Counted from the first letter of the stretch, positions 1-10,123 are shown. The stretch: 64,000 bases of DNA from an uncultured delta proteobacterium (GCA_963755715.1 CAVWLW010000045.1:32001-96000); one strand, 5' to 3'. Notes: a model not told the origin generated them from the sequence alone. Program-made: numbers and translations.

Positions 1-1
1 T

Positions 2-691
2 CGGGCGTTAGCTCGGAAGAACGCCAAAGTCGTGGGCATCTTTGGATCGGGCAATGAAGCGCGCACCAACCTCGAAGCGATTTGCGCCGTGCGCGAGATC
101 GAGCGGGTGAAAGTTTACAGCATTACCAAAGAACATCGAGACCGCTTCGCGGAGGAGATGACCGAACTATTAAACGTCGAAGTCCAGCCGGTGAGCGGCC
201 CCGAGGCGGTCGTCAAAGGATCGGACATCGTTATGTGCGCGACCAACTCCAGCCAGCCGGTATTCGACGGCAACTGGCTCGAACCGGGGCAATTGGTGAC
301 GACGATCGCCAATACCGACGGAGTGCACCGGCGCACCGAAGCGGATGATGCGACCCTGCTGCGCAGCGACTTTATCGTGCTGAACAACAAAGAGACCGCA
401 ATCACCAACCAGCAGCGCGAGCTTCTGGATTTGATCGATCAAGGGAAATTTGGCTGGGACAAAGTCTGCGAGCTTGGACAAGTGCTCGCTGGAACGCGCG
501 CCGGCAGGAGCACTGACCAAGAAATTATCTACTACAAGAGCAACACCGGGGTCGGCATCCAGTTCGCCGCCACCGGTGCGCTGATCTACGAAGCCTGCAG
601 GAAGCAGGGCTTAGGTCGGGAGCTGCCCGGGGAATGGTTCGGCGCGGATCTCAGTGAGTGGATGGATAAAGGCTTCATGCCGTCGCCGTAA
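2..691 (+). CDS. Ornithine cyclodeaminase/mu-crystallin family protein (5' end outside window)
   Basis: Frame open from base 2 (RALARKNAKVVGIFGSG). Rossmann GxG, 'ADIVMCATNS..PVF' type motif and C-terminal 'YKSNTGVG' are typical of the family. Confidence 0.85.
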   Translation, partial: RALARKNAKVVGIFGSGNEARTNLEAICAVREIERVKVYSITKEHRDRFAEEMTELLNVEVQPVSGPEAVVKGSDIVMCATNSSQPVFDGNWLEPGQLVTTIANTDGVHRRTEADDATLLRSDFIVLNNKETAITNQQRELLDLIDQGKFGWDKVCELGQVLAGTRAGRSTDQEIIYYKSNTGVGIQFAATGALIYEACRKQGLGRELPGEWFGADLSEWMDKGFMPSP

Positions 692-706
692 GTACAGAGA
701 ACTCTT

Positions 707-1771
707 ATGCTGATCCTACGACCCGAGGAAGTGGAAGGCCTGCTCACGATGGCAGAAGCTATCGACGCGGTAGAAAAAGCGTTTGCGGACTGGGGTGCTC
801 ACGCTGAGATCAATTTTGCCCGTCGCCGGCTCCATTTCGGTGATGCCCGGCTTTGTTGGATGCCCGCGGCGCTGCCGTCGGGCGAGAAAACCGGTTTGCG
901 TATTCAGAGCGAGATTCTCGCCGTACACGGCGGCGTGCAAACCTATCCTTCACGCAGTCCGTTAGTCGATGTCTTATTCGACGCCCAGACGGCATTGCCG
1001 GCGGCGGTGATCTTGTCGTCCACGCAGCGAGGTATGACCAAGGATGGCATCCCACTGCGCACATCCGATCTCATGACCGCGTCGATCAGCGCGGTCGGCA
1101 CCAAGTGGATGAGCCGCGACGATTCCAGCAATCTTTTGCTCTTGGGTTCCGGCAAGCAGGCGCGCAATCATTTGCTGGCCATGAAGGCAGTTCGCGCGTT
1201 GGGACATGTCTCCGTTTTTAGCCCGACAAAGGAACACCGCGAACAGTTTGCTGACGAAATGAGTCATGTACTCAAGCTGGATGTTGTCGCCACCGATGAT
1301 GTGAATAGCGCGATGCAGCGCGCCGACATTATCCTTGCCGCGACCAATACCAATGTACCGGTGTTTTCCGGTGTCCGGCTGCAAGACGGATCTCACGTAA
1401 CCTCCATCGTCGGCAGTAACGTGGGCATGGTTCAGGCAGGAGTGATTGCTCATAAGCGCCGCGAGTTGGATGACACGACGCTGGCGCGCGCCGCGGTGAT
1501 CGGCATCGCGTCGCGCGAACTTGCAGTGCAGGACCAGCAAGGCGATATCTACGATCAAGTGGAGGACGGAAAACTTTCTTGGAACGACATTGCAGAGCTG
1601 CGAGAGATAGTCGGCGGACAGAAGCAGGGCAGGCGCAGTGCGACCGACATCACGGTCTTCAAGAACAATGGCGGGCAGGGAATCGCCGAGTTGGCAATCG
1701 CCGATCTCATTCTGACCCGGGCACGAGAGAACAAACTCGGTATCGACGTGACATGGGCTGAAGGCTATTAG
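707..1771 (+). CDS. Ornithine cyclodeaminase/mu-crystallin family protein
   Basis: MLIL..EEV..LLTM.EAIDAVE N-terminus, LLGSGKQA Rossmann loop, ADIILAATN, GR.S..DITVFKNNG. Confidence 0.85.
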   Translation: MLILRPEEVEGLLTMAEAIDAVEKAFADWGAHAEINFARRRLHFGDARLCWMPAALPSGEKTGLRIQSEILAVHGGVQTYPSRSPLVDVLFDAQTALPAAVILSSTQRGMTKDGIPLRTSDLMTASISAVGTKWMSRDDSSNLLLLGSGKQARNHLLAMKAVRALGHVSVFSPTKEHREQFADEMSHVLKLDVVATDDVNSAMQRADIILAATNTNVPVFSGVRLQDGSHVTSIVGSNVGMVQAGVIAHKRRELDDTTLARAAVIGIASRELAVQDQQGDIYDQVEDGKLSWNDIAELREIVGGQKQGRRSATDITVFKNNGGQGIAELAIADLILTRARENKLGIDVTWAEGY

Positions 1772-1783
1772 CGAGGCGGCGTT

Positions 1784-2758
1784 ATGACGAACGTGATGGC
1801 ACGAAGCTTGGCCGGATTTCTCTTTTTAGGCCTTTGGTTGACGCCTGGCGCGTCCGGGCAATTGACAAAGCTCAACGCAGCCTATTCGGCGGAAAGCTCG
1901 TGGTCGCTCGCGACTTGGGTTGCATTTGACGCCGGCTACTTCAAGAAATATGGCCTCGATGTCAACTTGGTATTGATCCGCAGCGCAGCGACGATTACGT
2001 CGGCACTGATCGCCGGCGAAACACCGATGATTCAGCTCGGCGGAAACGGCACGATCCAAGCGGCTTTGCAGGGAGCGGACACCGTGAATGTGCTCACGCT
2101 CGTATCGATCATTCCTCAAAGCCTGGTAGTGACTCCGGACATCAAGACGGCCGACGATCTAAAGGGGAAGCGATTCGGCGTGAGCCGTTTCGGCGCTTTG
2201 AGCGATCTAGTTATTCGCCGATATCTTAGAAAGTTCGGCCTCGATCCGGGCAAGGATGTCACGATTGTGCAGGTCGGCGGGATTCCCGAACTGCTGGCGG
2301 CGATGAAGGCCGGCGCAATCTCTGGAGGCTCCCTGTCTCCGCCGGTGCTCACAGCGGCGAAAAAAGCCGGCTTTAAAGAGTTTGGCGATTTCGAGAGCCT
2401 CGACTACAAATATCCTGCCGTCGCCATCGCCACGACTAAGAGTTTTATCCAGCGCCAGCGCGCCGCGGCGCTGAACTTTCTGCGCGCCGAGATCGAAGGC
2501 ATTCACGCCATCCGCACGCAGAAGAATTTTGCTGTTAACGTATTGAAAAAATACATGCGGATCAGCGACCCGGAAATACTCGAAGAAGGTTACCGTTACG
2601 CCTTGCGATTTATTCAACCTAAGCCATTGCCGACTTTGGATGAGATCAAGGCGGTTCTGGACGAACTAAAACGGACGGAGGCAAAGCCCGAGAACTTCGT
2701 CGATCTCAGCTTGATGCAGGAGTTGGAGAAGGAAAAGTTTTTCGACAAGCTCAAGTAA
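1784..2758 (+). CDS. ABC-type solute-binding protein, NMT1/SsuA/THI5 family
   Basis: Signal peptide; GYFKKYGLDV, DLKGKRFGVSRFG, GLDPGKDVTIVQVGG; RBS gagg upstream. Confidence 0.9.
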   Translation: MTNVMARSLAGFLFLGLWLTPGASGQLTKLNAAYSAESSWSLATWVAFDAGYFKKYGLDVNLVLIRSAATITSALIAGETPMIQLGGNGTIQAALQGADTVNVLTLVSIIPQSLVVTPDIKTADDLKGKRFGVSRFGALSDLVIRRYLRKFGLDPGKDVTIVQVGGIPELLAAMKAGAISGGSLSPPVLTAAKKAGFKEFGDFESLDYKYPAVAIATTKSFIQRQRAAALNFLRAEIEGIHAIRTQKNFAVNVLKKYMRISDPEILEEGYRYALRFIQPKPLPTLDEIKAVLDELKRTEAKPENFVDLSLMQELEKEKFFDKLK

Positions 2759-2816
2759 CCGCGCGCAAAGTCATGTAGGATGTAACCATCCAAGGCAGCC
2801 AAATCGCTTGTCTTGC

Positions 2817-3953
2817 CTACGCGATGCCGTACAGCCGTGCGGGATTTTTGTCGAGGATACTTTCTTTCGCAGAAGCGCTGATATCGCCGCGCTCCTGCAG
2901 CATGCGCGCGGCGCAGTGCTCACGGTCGCCGTGGGGCATATCGCTGCCGAAAATGATCTGGCCTTCGCCGACGAGATTGAGCACATTCGGTAAAATTTCG
3001 TCTTCGACTTCGGTGCTGAAAAAGATATTGCCGCGTTTGATGTATTCCATCACCGGCAGTTTCTGAATCGGCGCGGTCTGCGGCAAAAACTTTCTCAGTG
3101 TCGAACCCTGGTTTTTGTAGCGGTGATGCACGCGTTCGAGGATGAACGGCACCCACTGGCAACCGGCTTCGAGAAAAACGATACGAAGATCCGGGAAGCG
3201 ATCTAACACTCCGCCACTGATCAATGCGGTGAAAGCCATGAGCAGCGGCACGTGAAAGGCGATGACGCCGGACGGATAGATGTGCGAGTAGAGATTGTTG
3301 ATCGATGGACAGGACCAGCCGACGTGGACGCCGAGGGCGAGATTTTCTTCACATAGCGCCTGATAAAAAGGCAAGAGCCGGGGATGATCAAGCATATCGT
3401 CGCCGGCGGTTCCGAGCACCATGACCGACACCGCACCGAGTTTCTTCGCTTCATGCACTTGTCCAACCGCTGTGGCGACGTCGTCCAGATTGACCACCGC
3501 CGACCATTTGATGCGCGGGTGGCCGGAAAGTCGGTCGCCCATCCAGCGGTTGTAAGATGTAGTGATCGCGCTGCCGAGGCCGACGTTTTTGGTTAAAGGA
3601 TAGGCTAGAAATAGGGTCGTGTAGATTACTTGAATGGCGATGTCTTCCTCATCCATGGCCGTGAGGCGGGCGGTGAGATCGCTCAGTTCCATGCTGCCGA
3701 TGCTGTCGGTTTTGCCTTGCGTATGCGCCGCGAGCTGGCCGTTGAAGTTTGTCGGCGTGCCGAGATTGTGACAGCCGGGTCCCACGCGCCGTGGATAGAG
3801 TTGCTCGTCGATGACCCAATAAACGAGACCGTCCACCGCCGTCACGCGCGGACGCAACGAACGAAAGGCCGGATCGAGATACTTGTCGCTAAAAGTATCG
3901 AGATTTTCCTCGACGTGGCCGTCGGCATCGATAACACGAAGTGAACTTGACAT
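2817..3953 (-). CDS. Amidohydrolase_2 family protein (ACMSD/LigW-like)
   Basis: VIDADGH, FLEAGCQW and FGSDMPH motifs; ends NPARLYG. Confidence 0.9.
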   Translation of the reverse strand: MSSSLRVIDADGHVEENLDTFSDKYLDPAFRSLRPRVTAVDGLVYWVIDEQLYPRRVGPGCHNLGTPTNFNGQLAAHTQGKTDSIGSMELSDLTARLTAMDEEDIAIQVIYTTLFLAYPLTKNVGLGSAITTSYNRWMGDRLSGHPRIKWSAVVNLDDVATAVGQVHEAKKLGAVSVMVLGTAGDDMLDHPRLLPFYQALCEENLALGVHVGWSCPSINNLYSHIYPSGVIAFHVPLLMAFTALISGGVLDRFPDLRIVFLEAGCQWVPFILERVHHRYKNQGSTLRKFLPQTAPIQKLPVMEYIKRGNIFFSTEVEDEILPNVLNLVGEGQIIFGSDMPHGDREHCAARMLQERGDISASAKESILDKNPARLYGIA

Positions 3954-4148
3954 GAAACCTATCCTCTCTTCTTGCTAAGTCGGAATTACAAATTCGACGT
4001 TAGTGTAGATCGCGCGGCTTCGTCAAGTGACGCCGCCGCGACGCTTCGTAAGAGAACGCTTTATCTTGACAGGCACAGCGCAGCAGAGGCATATAATCGC
4101 GTGGTGGTCGCGCAGCGCGGGCGCGCTGCAATCTCGGAGGGCGATCCC

Positions 4149-5306
4149 ATGAAAAGCGCCTACGGTCTAAAAATCCCGGAGCCCGACTCTTCTCTCACGC
4201 GCGTCGGACCCGGTACGCCATGCGGCGAGTTGATGCGCCGCTACTGGCAGCCCGTGTGTTTGTCGGCAGATCTCCAGGAGTTGCCGAAAGCGGTGCGCAT
4301 TCTCGGCGAAGACTTAATCGCGTTCCGCGATGGTGGGGGCAGGGCGGGACTGCTCTTTCCCCGTTGCAGTCACCGCGGCACCTCGCTTGAGTACGGCCGC
4401 GTCGAACAGCGCGGATTGCGCTGCTGCTATCACGGTTGGCTTTATGACGTCGAAGGCAACATTTTAGAGATGCCGCTGGAGCCAACCCTCAATCCCTATT
4501 TGAAACAATTTCAGCATCCTTGTTATCCCGTGCGCGAGTTTGCCGGCTTGGTGTTCGCCTATATGGGACCGCTCGACAAGATACCCGAGTTGCCGATTTA
4601 CGACGTGTGGCAAAAAGACGGCGGGGCGCTCAAAGCGCGCATGGGGCCGCGCATCGGCGGGCCGGTCAATTGCAATTGGCTCCAGGCCGAGGAAAATCTT
4701 ATGGACGCGCTGCATACATTTTGGCTGCACACGCGGCACAGCGGCGCGCAGTTTCCGTCACAGGTCTACGGCGTCGATCCCGATGCGCTGCAATACGAGG
4801 AGACCGACTTGGGCATGCGCTTCGTGCTCAAGCGCAGACTGGAGAACGGCAAGTGGTGGGAGCTCATCTGGGAGATGATCATGCCGCTCAACGTGCATTT
4901 GGTGTACACCGACGAGCCTAAGACCGAGCGCGTGCGCGCCGTAAGCTATTGCGTGCCGGTGGACGATACCCATCAACTCGGCGCGAGTATTCGCTGGCTG
5001 CCCGACGGCGAACCCGAAACTCCCTCGGGCCGCGAACAGCTGGCTCCCGGTGGACGCAAGAACGCGAGCTACGAGTACACCCAGCGCCATCCCGACGACA
5101 AAGAAGCCGTCGAAGGCCAGGGGCCGATCGCAGTGCATGGCCTTGAGCATCTCGTCAGTTCCGACAAAGGCGTGTTGATGTTTCGCGGAATTTTAAGAAG
5201 AGCAATTCAAGCTACGCTTCAGGGCGAAGATCCAAAAGGGGTTCTCCGCGACCCGGCGAAGGCGTCATTTGTCGCCACCAGCGCCGGCAGCGTCGTTGTG
5301 GACTGA
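4149..5306 (+). CDS. Rieske non-heme iron oxygenase alpha subunit (phthalate 4,5-dioxygenase-like)
   Basis: LTRVGPGTPCGELMRRYWQP; Rieske CSHRG...CCYHGW; mononuclear Fe motif ENLMD.LH....H. Start set at the ATG after GGAGG (4136-4140). Confidence 0.9.
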   Translation: MKSAYGLKIPEPDSSLTRVGPGTPCGELMRRYWQPVCLSADLQELPKAVRILGEDLIAFRDGGGRAGLLFPRCSHRGTSLEYGRVEQRGLRCCYHGWLYDVEGNILEMPLEPTLNPYLKQFQHPCYPVREFAGLVFAYMGPLDKIPELPIYDVWQKDGGALKARMGPRIGGPVNCNWLQAEENLMDALHTFWLHTRHSGAQFPSQVYGVDPDALQYEETDLGMRFVLKRRLENGKWWELIWEMIMPLNVHLVYTDEPKTERVRAVSYCVPVDDTHQLGASIRWLPDGEPETPSGREQLAPGGRKNASYEYTQRHPDDKEAVEGQGPIAVHGLEHLVSSDKGVLMFRGILRRAIQATLQGEDPKGVLRDPAKASFVATSAGSVVVD

Positions 5307-5353
5307 GCTCGCGCGCTGGACCGGCGTCGACTCTACGGCTAGGCATGATGATT

Positions 5354-6437
5354 TTACAGCCCGTAGAGCGCTTTCGCGTTGTGCGAGAGGATTTTTTCTT
5401 TGACGCCGAGTGTCGATACCTTCCATTCGTTGAAATTCGTTTAGTGCGGTCACGGCGCTTGACGGATCGGTATGGCCGTAGTCGGTGCCGATCACCAAGC
5501 GGTTCTCACCCGCGCAGCGGACGATGTAAGGCACGTCGTCGTTTACCTGGCAGGTGACGAAGATGTTGTAGTCTTCGAAGACATTCGTCGGAAAAACTCT
5601 GCCGCCGGCGCGGTAACGGATCGCCGCTTCGCGGTAAATCCACGGCACCCACTGCGCCGAGGCTTCGATGAAGCCCCAGCGAAGCTTGGGAAATACTTTC
5701 GGCAGCTCGCTCATGATCACGTCGAAGCAGGCCGTGACGGTGGGAACGCGAAATTGCGCAAAGCGGCCGGCCGGCGCCTGGCGATAGAGATCAGCGTTCT
5801 GCGGATTACCGTTGGCGATATGCACGGCAATCGACAGGTCGAGATCGCTGGCGGCTTGGTAAAGCGGATAAAAGTAAGGATCGGAAAGATGGCGGTCGCC
5901 TTCCAACGGCCGCATGCAGACGGCTGCGGCGCCGTTCTCCTTGGCGAACTTCACTTCTGCAATCGCCTCGTCGATGTTCATTGCCGGGACGACGCAGGAA
6001 TAGAATAATCGGCCGTGGCTTTTCTTCGAGATGTCGGCGAGCCAGCGGTTCCAACTGCGGCATAGGGCGACTTCGGCATCGGGTCTGGTGGTGATCCGTT
6101 CGATCCAAAATGTGTTGTGCAGCACCTGCACGTCGATGCCCAATTCATCCATGTGCTTGAGCCGCAAATCGACGTCGTCTAACTCGCGCGCCGCCTGCGG
6201 GGTTTCGAAGTTCCTGCCGGCGCGTTCGGCGAATTCATGGAGCTCGCGCTCGGTCAAAGTTAAGAAACGAAATCCGGCGATCTTGTCGTCGATCACCCAG
6301 TACTGCCGGCTGGGATCGTCGGGCGTCGAATACAGTCGCGGGCGAAACTTGCGATCCGAGGGTTCCAGATAGTCCCAGGTCCGCTCGGTCTCGATCACGT
6401 GGGCATCGGCGTCGATGATAGGAACAGAGCTAGTCAT
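5354..6437 (-). CDS. Amidohydrolase_2 family protein (frameshift near 5410, probably an assembly error)
   Basis: IIDADAH, FIEAS.QW, GTDYGH. Removing one base near 5410 restores a typical end, GVKEKILSHNAKALYGL-stop. Confidence 0.85.
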
Positions 6438-6564
6438 GACGGTCCCTCCCGGCGATTGTGATGTTGAAGTGAAGTAGCCCCGACCGTAGTGCGATGCTGT
6501 CGCGGTGTCAAGATCGGATGTGGCGCAGCATGCTGCGCCTCTACATCGTTGCAACGCTCGACCG

Positions 6565-8145
6565 TTAGCTACGTTTCATTCGTCGGCGCGCGGACGGCTT
6601 GTCGATCGCTTCGCCCCAGCGCGTAAGAAACGTAAGCAAGAATTCGCTCTGCTGTGACGGTTCCACCGCGAGCGGCGCCAGCGCCAGGGCAACGGTGAGG
6701 GCGATATGGTAGCCGATCGAGCGCGACGCAAGCGCGCGGCGGTAGGCGGGATGGGCGCGATTGACCCAGACGGTCGATTCGACCAAACGGCCTAAATCGG
6801 CGCCGTCCGGGCGATCTTCAAATTGAATATCGAGTCCATAGTGCGCCGGGCGGCGGGCGCCGTTGTTGCCAGGCAATGGGATATCTGCTTGTGGTTTGTT
6901 GAGCTCGCCTGCCGGCTCGTTGACCACAGGATTTTCCGACTCGCCTGGCGTTCTGGTCGGCATGGTTCGATCGGCGTCGCTCTCCGCCAGGGCGCCTATC
7001 GACGCGGCGACGAAGCTTTGCCCTGCTTCTTCGTTTCCTCGTGCCGAAAGCGGCAGACGTTTTTGCCCGCCGGCGCGCCGCTCGACCAGGCTTGCGAGCA
7101 AAGGAAAATCCAGCGCCAAATCTTCCAGCAGGTGGGCGAGATCGCGCTGTAATGGGCGCACTTCGCGCGGCGGCGCTTGCTCGTCCGCTGGCGGCGCATC
7201 GCCCCAGGCGGCGAGTTGCTGGGCGACGGCTTGTTGAATCGCTTTGCGAAAAGCGAGATAGGTTGCGCCGCGCGCGCCGCTGCGAATAAAATCCCCCTTG
7301 TTCAAAGTCAAACAGGCGGCCAGCTCGGGCACTTCGATCAGGCCTGCGATCCGTTCCGGCGTGGTCGGCGTCATGCCCAGCCAATCCCAACCGCGGCGAA
7401 TAACTTTACCGAAGGTGCTGATCGCGAGGCCACGTTGATCTTCCGCTAGGGCGCTGTCTTCGCGCCACAAGTAACCCACGGCCGAAGGTTTTCTCCGGCG
7501 CAATAAGCGAATTTCCAACGGCGCCTGCAGCGGCGCGCGCGAGCGGTATTTTTCTAAACGCCGGCCGTTTACGTCGACGGCGATCCCTTTGGCATAATGC
7601 GCCGCGAGAAAATCGTCGAAAGCCGGATCGAGCAAAGGTTGGAAGTGGCGCCGGAGTGTGACTTCGAGAAAGCCACCGTCGAGCAAAGGCGAGAGCGGGT
7701 TGCGTAATTTAAGGCGCACGGCGGTGCCGCGCTCAGCGACGAGCCCCGGCGCGGCAATCCATTTCCAGGGTGCGCGGTGGCGCGACGCCATGTGCCAGGA
7801 AGATGCCACGTGATTTTTGCCGCGCCGCGTTTCCGTCAGCACTTCCTCGCAGATCAAGAGGCCGAGCTTGATGCCGACGCCGGCAAAACCGATGCCTTGA
7901 CCGCGCACCTTGGTGCTCGAGGCGATATTGTGAAAACGGGCCAGATCGCGGCGCTGCATGCCCGAACCGTTGTCGATCACCGTCATAGTGCTGTCGGCGG
8001 GGTCGCATCGACACGAGATCGTCGACGCGCCGGAATCGAGCGCGTTGGCCATGATCTCGGTTAGAATGGTTTCTTCCAGCGAGCCCGGATAGGCGTCGCG
8101 CAGGTCTTCGAGAAGATGCAGCAGGTCGACGCGAGTTTCACCCAT
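6565..8145 (-). CDS. Stand-alone GHKL (HATPase_c, MORC/Hsp90-like) ATPase of unknown function
   Basis: N-box EIMANALD, G1 DNGSGM, G2 GIGFAGVG, G3 GT; C-terminal WVNRAHP. Confidence 0.75.
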   Translation of the reverse strand: MGETRVDLLHLLEDLRDAYPGSLEETILTEIMANALDSGASTISCRCDPADSTMTVIDNGSGMQRRDLARFHNIASSTKVRGQGIGFAGVGIKLGLLICEEVLTETRRGKNHVASSWHMASRHRAPWKWIAAPGLVAERGTAVRLKLRNPLSPLLDGGFLEVTLRRHFQPLLDPAFDDFLAAHYAKGIAVDVNGRRLEKYRSRAPLQAPLEIRLLRRRKPSAVGYLWREDSALAEDQRGLAISTFGKVIRRGWDWLGMTPTTPERIAGLIEVPELAACLTLNKGDFIRSGARGATYLAFRKAIQQAVAQQLAAWGDAPPADEQAPPREVRPLQRDLAHLLEDLALDFPLLASLVERRAGGQKRLPLSARGNEEAGQSFVAASIGALAESDADRTMPTRTPGESENPVVNEPAGELNKPQADIPLPGNNGARRPAHYGLDIQFEDRPDGADLGRLVESTVWVNRAHPAYRRALASRSIGYHIALTVALALAPLAVEPSQQSEFLLTFLTRWGEAIDKPSARRRMKRS

Positions 8146-8231
8146 CGATGATCCTCTTCATGATCCACTTGGCATCACGGCGCGGCGCACCAGTGCAACA
8201 TTCATGCGCATAAAACGTCAGGTGAGATTCG

Positions 8232-9293
8232 CTATTCCTTCGCCTTGGCTTTGTTCTTGGCGTCGTCGATGATCGGCTGAAGTTTCTTCTTGAGCGCCGG
8301 ATTGATCTGAAAGGCTTTTTGCAAGTCGGCGTCGGCCTCTTTGTCCTTGCCCTGATAAATCCGGATGATGCCGCGATAGACGTAGGCATCGGCGTTCTTC
8401 GGCTGCATGCCGATCACCTCGCTGAAGTCACGGGCGGCGTAATCATATTTATCGAGGCGCAGGTGGGCGAGGCCGCGATTGAACGGCGCCTCCGGGTCCT
8501 TGGGGTTGATGCGCATCGCTTCACTATAATCGGCAACGGCATCGTCGAATTTTTCGAGCTTCATCTCGGACAGGCCGCGATTGTAAAAGGCTTCGGCCGA
8601 TTTTGGATTCAGCCGAATCACTTCGGTGAAATCGCGCACCGCATCTTCGTGTTTTTGCGCGGCGGCGTAAGCGATGCCGCGATTATAATAAGCATCGGTC
8701 AAGCTCGGATCGCGGCCGAGCGCGCCATCGTAGTCCTTGATGGCTTCGTCGATTTTACTCGTCGCCAGATAGCTGTTGGCGCGATTGTAATAGTTCTGCG
8801 CGTCTTTGGGCTCGATGCGGATCGCCTCGGTGAAATCCTTGATGGCGCTGTCGTAACGCTTGGCGTCGAAATGAATGCTGGCGCGGTTGGTGAAGCTACG
8901 GGCATCCTCCGGATTCAACTTGATGGCGGCGCTGTAGTCGTTGAGCGCCGGGCCGTCTTGTTTCAGGCGCCGGTAAGCGTTGGCTCGATTGTAGTAAGCC
9001 TCAGCGTCCTTCGGGTTGAGCCGCAGCGCCTGGCTGTAGTCATTGATCGCTTGCTTATCCTGGCCGAGATCGAAATAAGCATTGCCGCGGTTGAAATAAG
9101 CTTCCGCAAGCTTGGGATGGGCTTTGATGACATTGTCATATTCGACCAACGCTTCTTTGATCTTACCCGACTCGTGCAGCTCCAACGCGGCCTTGAGCGG
9201 CTCTTCGACCTGAGCGGATCTGAGAGCGGGCGCGATTAAAAACAACGCTGCCACGGCGGCGAAGATCGCGACGAGGTTTTTTTTCCCGTTCAT
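8232..9293 (-). CDS. Secreted tetratricopeptide repeat protein (~9 TPRs)
   Basis: Signal peptide; repeated 34-aa AEAYYNRG...A..DY..A...NP units. Confidence 0.9.
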   Translation of the reverse strand: MNGKKNLVAIFAAVAALFLIAPALRSAQVEEPLKAALELHESGKIKEALVEYDNVIKAHPKLAEAYFNRGNAYFDLGQDKQAINDYSQALRLNPKDAEAYYNRANAYRRLKQDGPALNDYSAAIKLNPEDARSFTNRASIHFDAKRYDSAIKDFTEAIRIEPKDAQNYYNRANSYLATSKIDEAIKDYDGALGRDPSLTDAYYNRGIAYAAAQKHEDAVRDFTEVIRLNPKSAEAFYNRGLSEMKLEKFDDAVADYSEAMRINPKDPEAPFNRGLAHLRLDKYDYAARDFSEVIGMQPKNADAYVYRGIIRIYQGKDKEADADLQKAFQINPALKKKLQPIIDDAKNKAKAKE

Positions 9294-10123
9294 TTGTTCG
9301 CCGGCGCCATCATAGGTTCGAGCTTGTCTTTCAGGTTCGGGTCCAGCTCGATCGCTTTGTGAAAGTCTTTGCGCGCGTCCTCGTTCTTGCCCTGGCGCGC
9401 GCGGATCACGCCGCGATTGGCGTAAACCTTCGCGTTCTTGGCGTCGAGCTTGAGCGCTTCGTCATAATCTTTCACCGCGTCGTCATATTTGCCGAGCACG
9501 GAGTAAGCGTTGGCTCGGTTGTTATAGATCTCGGCGTTTTTCGGCGCGAGCTTGATCGCTTCCGAATAATCCTGAACCGCTTGTTCATTTTTTCCCAAGC
9601 GCCGATAGGCGAGACCGCGGCTGTAATAAATCTCCACGTCTTTCGGGTCTAATTTCTGTGCCTGGTTGAAATCTTGAATCGCGTTTTCGAACTGGTTCAA
9701 TGCATAATGGGCGAGGCCGCGCTGGCGGTAAACCCTGGGCGCTTTGTCGTCGATTTTAATCACCTCGTCATAATCTTTGATGGCTCGGTCGTACTGTTTT
9801 TGCGCGAAATGGACATTGCCCCGATTGAAATAGGCGTCGGTCATTTTTGGATTGAGCTTTAGCGCTTCATCGTAATCTTTCACCGCGTTGTCGTTTTGCC
9901 CGAGTTTAAAATGGGCCAACCCCCGGTTGTTGTAAGCCTCGTCCGATTTGGGCGCGGCCTTGATAGCGCGCGTAAAGGCGGCGACGGCATCTTTGTATTT
10001 ACCGGCTTTGTAGAGTTTCACGCCTTCGCTAAAGGCGTTTTGCGCCTCGCCGCCGAGCAACCCCGACGGCAGCAGCAGTAATAGAACGAAGCAACTCGCC
10101 GCGGCGCGGTTTATTATTCTCAT
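9290..10123 (-). CDS. Secreted tetratricopeptide repeat protein (~7 TPRs)
   Basis: Signal peptide; near-consensus TPR units; 4-bp overlap with the next TPR gene. Confidence 0.9.
   Translation of the reverse strand: MRIINRAAASCFVLLLLLPSGLLGGEAQNAFSEGVKLYKAGKYKDAVAAFTRAIKAAPKSDEAYNNRGLAHFKLGQNDNAVKDYDEALKLNPKMTDAYFNRGNVHFAQKQYDRAIKDYDEVIKIDDKAPRVYRQRGLAHYALNQFENAIQDFNQAQKLDPKDVEIYYSRGLAYRRLGKNEQAVQDYSEAIKLAPKNAEIYNNRANAYSVLGKYDDAVKDYDEALKLDAKNAKVYANRGVIRARQGKNEDARKDFHKAIELDPNLKDKLEPMMAPANK

Noticed and set aside
4066-4097. TTGACA...TATAAT upstream of the Rieske gene
   Set aside because: Both hexamers are perfect but the spacer is 20 nt, too long for a standard sigma70 promoter. It could be an activator-dependent (MerR-like) promoter, but I see no supporting dyad or regulator.
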